Of a stretch of DNA of 64,000 nucleotides, positions 56,553 through 64,000 are shown piece by piece. Both the position numbers and the translations under genes were made by a program. The notes under the pieces were generated by a model that made no database searches, was not told the DNA's origin, and saw only the letters and a program-made list of their open reading frames with translations. The stretch lies in the IMG/VR virus record IMGVR_UViG_3300038465_000091, positions 124,001-188,000 of that record; one strand, written 5' to 3'. Every line of letters starts with the position of its first letter. The stretch's first letter is position 1.

Positions 56553-59500
56553 ATGAAGCTGGACGCCACACAAGCGGCGGCTGCCAAGCTTTCCCACCTA
56601 ATCGAGCCCGGGCGAACCGTCTATTCCACAGACGGCCACGCCTATAGGGTCTTGTCAAAGATCGCCGCTGGCGGCTCCTTGAGCTTCCGACTTGCGAACC
56701 TTCAGGGACAGCCGGTTCCAATCCCCGCAGACTTCTCCCCGATTGACGGGGCTCGGATGCGTTTCGCGTCCTTCCTGAAGTTCGCATTCAACAAAGACCT
56801 CACTGCGATTGTCAACTCACTGATTGAACAGGCGGGGCTCCCCACTGACCCAGCGATGAACTGGGCTGGGTGGTTTCAAAAGGTCTATGGCGAAATCCTA
56901 GCATCTGTTACCCCCAACTTTGATCTCCAAGACGAGATCATGTACAACACCGTCATTAAGCTCCTGATGATGCGTAAGGACAAGGACGGAAAAACACTTC
57001 TGGAAAACGCTGCCGACAAAATTTCAGGTTTGTCCAGCGGCATTAACAAGATAAAGCGTCAACTTCGTGATCCGAACTTGACTCCAGACGAAAAGAAGAC
57101 GCTAGAGAATCGACTCCACTGGCAGGAAAAAGTTAAGGCTGATCCTGTGGAGAAACAAGTCAGCAGCCTCCTGAAGAAAACTTTCGAGTATTACGCACGA
57201 CATCATGCTCGTGTGGATGCGAAAAATTACGCCTATTCGGTGCATACCCCCAGCCATCGCCTCGAAACGGAAAATATCGAAGACGTTGCTATCGAACAAC
57301 CCACACCATCTGGAGAGGGAACGTATAATATCCTTGATACCGAGGAACACGGCGTGGCTCCGGGCGTCGGACTGGGCGAGTCCGAACGCGACATCATGCA
57401 GTTCATCGATCAATTCCAAGAGTGGGTGAGGGGCAAGGAGACCCCGAAATCCGCTCCTAACTATGCCGAATTGCTCAGGATTTACTGGGATCAGGCACAG
57501 CGAATTGACGATGTTAAGATCAGCGATCTGACTCAAGAGTGGATTCGCCGCACAGGTTTGAGCTTTGACTCCCTGAAGCAGTATCGGGATAAGCTCGGCA
57601 TCCTGATTCGAGATTTCGTCTACGAGAACAAAGTCCAACTGGGCAACTCCTACAAGTTCGTGGACTTGCTAAAGCACATGTTCCCGCCGCCAAAGCAAAA
57701 AGCACGTCCCGCCAAGGCTTCGTCCGACCACCATCACGACCGAACCGAATGCAGAAAGTGCGGCAATGTCCAGACTTGCCGTTGCCCTGCGACCAAGGTC
57801 ACGTCCTATGTGGCTTCCTGCGACAACTGCAAGACGGCGGATGGTTTGGAAGCACGAGTGCTTGATCCGAACTGTCCTGAATACAAAAAATACGCCGATG
57901 ATTTGATCCGTCGCTTCGGTCAGACATCGCAGGTCTCCGAGATGCTGGGACAATTCGAAGATGAGCATTTCCCCACTTGTGTACACTGCCAGCAATACAA
58001 TCAGGATTGGCGGGCAGGTAAGGTATCAGCGGCAAAACCCAAGTGCCCCCATTGTGGCTCTGACGATTACGGCTTGATGCCCACGGACTTCGAGACCGCC
58101 AAGTGCAATGGTTGCGGCAAGAACTGGAATCATGGCATCGTCAAGGGTATCAATGATCCGAAGGAAGCTGCTCGCACGGCGGATGATGAAGGAGGGGGTA
58201 AAACGTGCGAAAATTGTGGGAGTTATTACGGTGGGTATACATGTCTTAATTGTGGGCGAAAAAAGAAGCTGGAAGAAGAGGTAGATCGTACCAGCAAGGA
58301 ACTCAAGAAGTTCCCCAAGGGACCAACAGGCATGACGCCCGACGATGTGAAGGCTACTCCCGAATGGCAGGCGGCTAAACGTAATTACGGTCAAGCCTTC
58401 GCCAAGCTGCGAGAGTTCAATTCCAAAAAGTGTGCTGCCGATGATCCGACTCGTGACACCCTTGACGAGACGCTGAAGTATGACAACCCAGACAAGGACA
58501 CCAAGGGGTTCCACGACCCCGCCGACCTCGGTCAATGCGCCTGTGAGTGGGATGAATGTCCGCTGGGTCACCAAGCGGGTGGGTGCCAGAATCCCGCAGC
58601 CCACATGCTTGAAATCTATGGATACAAAACCCGCTACTGCCAGCCATGCACCGACGCAACTATCGAGTACATCCGATTGGAACAAGGCACTGGCGATCCC
58701 GATGACACGGTTAAGATTCTGTCCTCCGCACATACTGCTGGTGCCCCGTACTGCGACGGTTGTGATCGTCTGAAGGCAAACTGCATCTGCGAAGGCTGCG
58801 AGTGCCCAGAAAATAAAAACGCAGGCAAGTGGGGCGATAAAATCAAGAAGATGGAAGCTCGACGTGGCGAGTTCATCGAGAAAACTCTTAAGAATGCCGT
58901 AGGGCCAACGGAAGAGGATGATCTTGAGATGGCTAGGCGTGGTCCGATTCAATACGAGGAACTACCCGAAATGGAAACCCGAATTCGCCCACGAGAAGAA
59001 CAGTCGAAATTTCCGACTCCTCGACCTACTACACGGCGTAAGGAGGGGATGCTCGGTCATGATTTTGTGGATGCCGATCAGCAAGCGATTCGCCCCGACA
59101 TTACGCCGGGTGACACTGGGCGCTTACCTCATGGACGCACGCAGGGATCAGTTAAAGAATCTGCGGAACTTGCTGGTCGCGGCGGGGATAAAGATGACGT
59201 GCGCGGTGCGGGCGATCTGTGGCGTGAAGAGTTTTACCAAAGCGGCAATGCGCCCCCAAAGATTGCGACATCAGGTAAATGGAAAGTTCTTCTGCGGGAT
59301 TCCAAGGGGAATCAGCGTGAGCAGGAGGTTTCAGGCGTAAATTACGGCTCTGCCGAACGTGCTGTGAGAAAATATATGAAGAATGGTGAAAGGGTTGTGT
59401 CGATGACTATCGCAAGCAAGACGGCTGCCCCCGCTCCTGCGGCACCCGCACAGGCACAAGCACCAGCGCCCGCCCCAGCACCAGCAGCCACTCCCGCCCC

Positions 59501-62456
59501 TCCAGCGCAAGCGCCAAGCGCGAACACGGTAGTTGCCCCACCGCCCGGAACGCCGATTGCTCTTCCCTCGGGACAAGGAGAAGATACACCGGAAAAAAGA
59601 ACAGTTCCGCCAGAAATCCCGAACAGGAAGTACCACATGACAAGTAAAAATTCCGCACTTAAAACCGAACAGAATACGCCAGAGATGGAAGCTCAGGTAG
59701 CTCAACTGGCACAAACGAACCCGCTCACGGAGATTCACGAGAACTGCAACCCGTACTTCGAGCACGGGCAATGGTGGGTTGTCTGCGGGCCGTGCGGAGC
59801 CACTTGGTCGGTCGTTGATGTGGGTCAGTTCATCGGAGATGAGGGCGACATCGACCTTGAAGAGATTGATAACGGTGACGGTTCTTGTGCGGAGAATTTC
59901 CACGAGTCTGCCGATCACAGCAGCCCACGTCAGGGCTTCATCTATCAGGCGGAAATGTGGTGCCCGACTTGTGCGAAGGAGATCGCCGCCGACATTCAGA
60001 AGAACTACCCTAAGCAGGTCCCCGCCGATCCAACGGATGAGTATTCTTATGATTCCGACAGCTACCCGAAGGGACCGTTCTTCGAGGAAGAATCAGACGC
60101 TCCTGAGCACTGCGCGGGCTGCCACATTTTCCTTGAGAACCCTCTGACCACGCATGGTCAGGAGTACATGCAGTCGATGGTTGACGAAGCTCTGGCGAAG
60201 GGACGCGGCGAAGAGCCGCACATCAAGGAATGGATGGACTTTTACGGCTATCATCCTGACACTGAGGGAGCCGAAGACGAACATGAGGCGTCCGCCGCTT
60301 CCGACAGAATCAATGCGATGCCGCAGCGTGGCAAGCCAAAGACTCCCGAAGAGTTGGGGCTGGTTGAGAAATCCGATACGGAACTCCGTCTTGAGGGGAT
60401 TCCTCCGCGTCCTAAGAAAACCGCCGATGGCGCTTCGTTGCTTGAACCAGAAGTTAGCTTCGAAGATAAACCAGACCCCTTGCTCGACAACAGTAATAAT
60501 TTGCAAAACTACAGCTATGCACCGCAGAAAGACACAACAGATAGTAGGGACACGGCCACGCTGGACGACAACATCGAAATTTTGAAACGTTACGGCTATG
60601 CCCTTTTCAGTGGTGGAAAATCGGGTGGGAAACAATTCTGGAAAAGTCCCATTGGAACTGTAGTTATCATGTCCACCAGCGGTGAGTGGATGTTTGGTGC
60701 GGACGGTACCAGAGGAACGACCAGCACGGATTTAGACAGTAAGCTTTTGAAATACCACCACAAAATGGTCCCAAAAGCGGGGGCGTCCAAAACCGCCGAA
60801 ATTGATATGGGTCAGCTTGAGAGCGTGCAGGATCGAAAAGATCGCCTGAGCAAGCCCGACAAGAGTCCGATGTACGGCGTGACACTTCTTCGCGAACTTT
60901 CAGCCCCCGGCATTCCAAAGGGTGAAGTGATCGTGTTCGGTTATTACTACCCAGATGGGCAATGGGGCAAGCAGCAGCTTCAATGGTGGACAACGATGGC
61001 GAAGACCGAGTATGATAGCACCGTCACTCAGGTCAAACGTCGCAGTCGCGGTACGAATCAGGAAAAGTCAACGGCCCTGTACGAGTCGTTGAAAGGACGT
61101 GGTACGGCGGTTGAGCCGGGTACGTCGTCTGACGCTATCATCGAGCAATTCAAGACGCAGAAGGAATCATCCATGGAAAACAAACAGGCTGCAATCGCAC
61201 AACCCACGTCTGGCGAGGACGAAGGCTATTACGTCAAGGTCACCTACACTAAGGGCGGTATTGATCTGAGCCCGACTGAGAATCTTCTAAGGGAAGTCGC
61301 CGAGGAGCAAATGCAGGATGAAAGCGGCAACTCGACTTATGAGTTCGCCCACAACATTGAGCTTGACGACATCTGGGAAATGATGGAGGATTTCTTCACC
61401 AATGGCTGGGAGAAAGTAAATCCCGAGGATATTGGTGCGCTAACTGACGGAGAAATCTTCTCCGATCCCAACGGCAACGTCTACTGGCATGAGCGGTATC
61501 AGATCGAAAGCATGACCGATGAACTGAAGGCAGGCAACACGGTGTTCATGCAGTACGGCGGCAATCTGTTCGATGAGGAAGATGAAGAAACGCCTGCTCC
61601 CGATCCGAACCAGATGAACCTCCCACTCCAGTCTTCCAAGAAGGAAGCCACGGGCGAGATGAGTCAGTCCGAGGCTGATGACCGTGAGGCATGGCCGATG
61701 CACCACGCTATCGCTGACGCTCTGGGCGGCACGGTCAAGGCTTTTGACCAGTATCAAGGTCCGTACGTTCTTGTGGGCTCTGAGGCTCGCGGACAGGGCA
61801 CCTATGCTCCCGCAATCCCGATGAAGGGTACCGTGCGCCTCTGGGTACAGGCGGACGAGGGTAGTGACGGGGCATTCCTGACCGTCTACAACGAAGACAA
61901 CGATAAAGTTAGCGAGCCGTTCCATTGGGAAGACATGGAAGGCGCGGTCAATGCCGCCATGAGCGTAATGGGCGATGAGCCCGAGACAATCGAAGCCTCC
62001 ACCAAGCAGGCGGAACTTGACATCCCCAAACCGGACAGTTGGGGGTGTACTTGTTCAGATAAAGGAGCACGCGGACAACACAAGTCCAATTGTCCTAAGG
62101 CTCCGAAGCAACGTGGCGAGTACCACGGCGCGAGTAAGCAAGCAGCGCCCGGCGACGGTGGACTACAACGCGACGTGCAGAACCAGTACGAGAACCACCC
62201 CCTGATCGAAATGCTGTGGGGTTCCCTGAAACGTGACCCAGCGAACAAAGATCGCGTCCAGACGGCATGGGGCACCAAGACGAAGCAGGGTTTGGTGCTC
62301 AGTGTAGCTCGCGCCATGAAGGAAAGCCCCGTCTCGGGTAAAGAAAGCAGTCAGAAATGCAAATGCGGCAAACCGACAGCTAAAGGCGATCACCGCTGCG
62401 AGGACTGCCGCTCAAAACAGCATTCCGAGGCAGAAAAAGCGACTGGCGTAGAATAA
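56553..62456 (+). CDS. 1967-aa mosaic protein, candidate internal-head polyprotein
   Basis: AGGAGG RBS; many short Zn-ribbon and helical modules separated by K-x-A linkers. Confidence 0.7.
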   Translation: MKLDATQAAAAKLSHLIEPGRTVYSTDGHAYRVLSKIAAGGSLSFRLANLQGQPVPIPADFSPIDGARMRFASFLKFAFNKDLTAIVNSLIEQAGLPTDPAMNWAGWFQKVYGEILASVTPNFDLQDEIMYNTVIKLLMMRKDKDGKTLLENAADKISGLSSGINKIKRQLRDPNLTPDEKKTLENRLHWQEKVKADPVEKQVSSLLKKTFEYYARHHARVDAKNYAYSVHTPSHRLETENIEDVAIEQPTPSGEGTYNILDTEEHGVAPGVGLGESERDIMQFIDQFQEWVRGKETPKSAPNYAELLRIYWDQAQRIDDVKISDLTQEWIRRTGLSFDSLKQYRDKLGILIRDFVYENKVQLGNSYKFVDLLKHMFPPPKQKARPAKASSDHHHDRTECRKCGNVQTCRCPATKVTSYVASCDNCKTADGLEARVLDPNCPEYKKYADDLIRRFGQTSQVSEMLGQFEDEHFPTCVHCQQYNQDWRAGKVSAAKPKCPHCGSDDYGLMPTDFETAKCNGCGKNWNHGIVKGINDPKEAARTADDEGGGKTCENCGSYYGGYTCLNCGRKKKLEEEVDRTSKELKKFPKGPTGMTPDDVKATPEWQAAKRNYGQAFAKLREFNSKKCAADDPTRDTLDETLKYDNPDKDTKGFHDPADLGQCACEWDECPLGHQAGGCQNPAAHMLEIYGYKTRYCQPCTDATIEYIRLEQGTGDPDDTVKILSSAHTAGAPYCDGCDRLKANCICEGCECPENKNAGKWGDKIKKMEARRGEFIEKTLKNAVGPTEEDDLEMARRGPIQYEELPEMETRIRPREEQSKFPTPRPTTRRKEGMLGHDFVDADQQAIRPDITPGDTGRLPHGRTQGSVKESAELAGRGGDKDDVRGAGDLWREEFYQSGNAPPKIATSGKWKVLLRDSKGNQREQEVSGVNYGSAERAVRKYMKNGERVVSMTIASKTAAPAPAAPAQAQAPAPAPAPAATPAPPAQAPSANTVVAPPPGTPIALPSGQGEDTPEKRTVPPEIPNRKYHMTSKNSALKTEQNTPEMEAQVAQLAQTNPLTEIHENCNPYFEHGQWWVVCGPCGATWSVVDVGQFIGDEGDIDLEEIDNGDGSCAENFHESADHSSPRQGFIYQAEMWCPTCAKEIAADIQKNYPKQVPADPTDEYSYDSDSYPKGPFFEEESDAPEHCAGCHIFLENPLTTHGQEYMQSMVDEALAKGRGEEPHIKEWMDFYGYHPDTEGAEDEHEASAASDRINAMPQRGKPKTPEELGLVEKSDTELRLEGIPPRPKKTADGASLLEPEVSFEDKPDPLLDNSNNLQNYSYAPQKDTTDSRDTATLDDNIEILKRYGYALFSGGKSGGKQFWKSPIGTVVIMSTSGEWMFGADGTRGTTSTDLDSKLLKYHHKMVPKAGASKTAEIDMGQLESVQDRKDRLSKPDKSPMYGVTLLRELSAPGIPKGEVIVFGYYYPDGQWGKQQLQWWTTMAKTEYDSTVTQVKRRSRGTNQEKSTALYESLKGRGTAVEPGTSSDAIIEQFKTQKESSMENKQAAIAQPTSGEDEGYYVKVTYTKGGIDLSPTENLLREVAEEQMQDESGNSTYEFAHNIELDDIWEMMEDFFTNGWEKVNPEDIGALTDGEIFSDPNGNVYWHERYQIESMTDELKAGNTVFMQYGGNLFDEEDEETPAPDPNQMNLPLQSSKKEATGEMSQSEADDREAWPMHHAIADALGGTVKAFDQYQGPYVLVGSEARGQGTYAPAIPMKGTVRLWVQADEGSDGAFLTVYNEDNDKVSEPFHWEDMEGAVNAAMSVMGDEPETIEASTKQAELDIPKPDSWGCTCSDKGARGQHKSNCPKAPKQRGEYHGASKQAAPGDGGLQRDVQNQYENHPLIEMLWGSLKRDPANKDRVQTAWGTKTKQGLVLSVARAMKESPVSGKESSQKCKCGKPTAKGDHRCEDCRSKQHSEAEKATGVE

Positions 62457-62498
62457 CCAGTAAAATCCAACTTTTTGACTCATTAACAGGAGTACACC

Positions 62499-63653
62499 AT
62501 GGCAAACAAAGTGAAGAAGGCAAATCGTGAGACCGTCCGTAAGGCTATCGTAGCCCGTCGCGAAGCTCGCAAGCAGGAAAAAGCCGCGAATTATGCAAAA
62601 ATGCGCGAATGCGCGAAGTCTCCAGCGAAGTTCGCCAAGGCCCTTGACGAGCTTGTAGCGAAGACCGCACGTCAAGCCTACAGCATGGACGCCCTCCGCG
62701 AAAATCTCGGATTGGTGAAATTTGCCAAGGAAGTTCCCGCCAAGGTCCGCATCGCCGCCGCTAAGAATTACGGCAAGAAGTTTGTCCGTATCGCCGAAGA
62801 GCAGCCAGACATTCTGGCTGACGCCCTCCAGCAAGCCTACAAGGGCTTGGATGAGCAGGCAGCGGCCATGGAAATCGCCGCCGAAGCTCTGGGTATCGAT
62901 CTGGGTGCCTCGCCTGCTGAGAAGGCATTCACCGACGAAGGCAAGCACGAACTTGAGCTTGGCGAAGACAAGGGCGAAGAGAAAGCGACAGAAGAAGGTC
63001 CTGATTTCGGAGCCGAAGAAGAGACCGAAGCGGAAGAAGGGGCCGATAAATTTGTATCGGATTCTGAAGCGGAGGCCGAACCTTTGCCCGAGGAAGATAA
63101 AGAAGCCAGTGGTTCCGACGCTTTTAGCACCGACCGCGACGAAGGTGGGTCGCCGAAAGCACCACAAAAGACTCAGAGCCCACAGGCTCAGGGCGAAGCG
63201 GCAAAGCAGTCGGCAGCGCAAGGCGCTGGCAAATTCGTAAAGGAAATCCCGCAGGCTCAGGGAAAGACAGCGGTCACCGAAGCAAAGCATTGTCCCGAGT
63301 GTAAATACCCGGGGAGAACGGTTGAACCTGAGACTGGCAAATGCCGTCATTGCAAAAAGAAAGTGATGGAGCCGTTCGACAAGAAGGCCGCAATGGGCAA
63401 GAAAGATTTCATCGCCTTGGCGGATGCAATCAAGAACATGAGCGTTGGACCTGATGAGAAGCGAAATATCGCTGAAGGTCTGTGCGAGACGTTTCGCGCA
63501 TCCAACCCACGTTTCATGAAAGATCGTTTCATGGACTACGTTATGGGCCTCGGCGGTTCGAGTGGCGGTAAGGTGAAGCCGCAAGGAACGCCACGCCCGC
63601 GCAAGGGCGTCATTGATCCGTATGCTAGTGCTGGTGGGCATCCTTTGGAGTAA
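62499..63653 (+). CDS. Ala/Lys/Glu-rich head/internal protein
   Basis: AGGAG RBS; shares a module with 37002..38453. Confidence 0.65.
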   Translation: MANKVKKANRETVRKAIVARREARKQEKAANYAKMRECAKSPAKFAKALDELVAKTARQAYSMDALRENLGLVKFAKEVPAKVRIAAAKNYGKKFVRIAEEQPDILADALQQAYKGLDEQAAAMEIAAEALGIDLGASPAEKAFTDEGKHELELGEDKGEEKATEEGPDFGAEEETEAEEGADKFVSDSEAEAEPLPEEDKEASGSDAFSTDRDEGGSPKAPQKTQSPQAQGEAAKQSAAQGAGKFVKEIPQAQGKTAVTEAKHCPECKYPGRTVEPETGKCRHCKKKVMEPFDKKAAMGKKDFIALADAIKNMSVGPDEKRNIAEGLCETFRASNPRFMKDRFMDYVMGLGGSSGGKVKPQGTPRPRKGVIDPYASAGGHPLE

Positions 63654-63662
63654 TCATGTTTT

Positions 63663-64000
63663 ATGACCTCCAAGAAAAACGCTAAGTCGTCTCCCGCGCC
63701 ATCTGAACCGCTTCCCACCCCGACTAGTCCCGCACCTGTGGCGGTCGAAGAAAAGCTCGGGCTTCCGCACAGAATCATCAAGTTCATTGCCGCCGCATTC
63801 TCCGAAAAGGGGGAGCCTAGCAGCGCCCGCATTCTTAGTGGTTGGTTGAGTGTGTCCAGTATGGCGTTGATTTGGTTTATGGTGCGGCACATTTTCTACA
63901 CCGATAACCCAGAAAAGCTCATAACGTGGGTTGGCGGGATGCCAGCGATTATCTATGCTCTGGCGGCGTTTGCCATTAGCCCGTTTGGTCTGGCGAAGAT
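63663..64000 (+). CDS. Holin-like membrane protein, 3'-truncated
   Basis: MTSKK...AFSEKGEPSSARILSGWLSVSSMALIWF...GMPAIIYALAAFAISPFG; two TM segments; the frame is open to the window end. Confidence 0.5.
   Translation, partial: MTSKKNAKSSPAPSEPLPTPTSPAPVAVEEKLGLPHRIIKFIAAAFSEKGEPSSARILSGWLSVSSMALIWFMVRHIFYTDNPEKLITWVGGMPAIIYALAAFAISPFGLAK

Noticed and set aside
32880-63653. Long antisense or alternate-frame ORFs in the track (for example 35025..36533-, 37206..38126-, 39717..40934-, 62412..63641-)
   Set aside because: They are shadows of well-supported + strand genes with biased codon use, with no RBS and no recognisable motifs.
1-64000. Genome-wide TAG reassignment (genetic code 15), suggested by the CUA tRNA
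   Set aside because: Long genes read cleanly in code 11, and many end in TAG with a new RBS/start or terminator right after (2825, 8844, 13780, 17793, 22098, 32392, 51085). Only the Pth-like gene shows an internal TAG.
1-64000. CRISPR array, retron/DGR, integrase or IS element
   Set aside because: No regularly spaced direct repeats, reverse transcriptase motifs, recombinase or transposase signatures were seen.

Overview
A 64-kb segment of a large (probably jumbo) contractile-tailed phage genome, almost entirely coded on the + strand. There is no CRISPR array, no rRNA and no integrase. Portal and terminase are not in the window. A TonB C-terminal domain gene and apparently leaderless promoters suggest an Acidobacteria-like diderm host (inference only). 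Layout: (1) 1-10 kb, small accessory ORFs and two RNA-rich operons; (2) 10.6-17.8 kb, a GH16 / GT2 synthase / export / UDP-glucose dehydrogenase polysaccharide module and a secreted N/S/G/Q-rich protein; (3) 17.8-25.6 kb, ASCH, endonuclease VII, PP2C phosphatase, UvrD helicase, TonB-C and others; (4) 25.7-64 kb, virion morphogenesis (neck-type genes, tail sheath, tail tube, protease-like gene, scaffold, major capsid, tail fibres, large modular head proteins, holin-like gene) with free-standing GIY-YIG/HNH endonucleases. The most striking signals concern translation control. First, a tRNA operon (Ile x2, Thr x3, Gln x2) sits behind a 29-codon leader peptide whose codons 3-17 are 13/15 Thr/Gln/Ile, with mutually exclusive antiterminator and terminator hairpins: an apparent ribosome-stalling attenuator that would switch phage tRNAs on when exactly those host tRNAs run short. 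Second, a peptidyl-tRNA hydrolase-like gene is interrupted by an in-frame amber codon and lies upstream of an amber-suppressor tRNA and six CCA-ended tRNA-like RNAs that lack a normal anticodon loop. Other notable items are a stand-alone fragment of the major capsid protein, an ice-binding (DUF3494-like) domain in a tail fibre, and three unassigned structured RNAs. All family assignments come from motif recognition by eye; no searches or folding programs were run.
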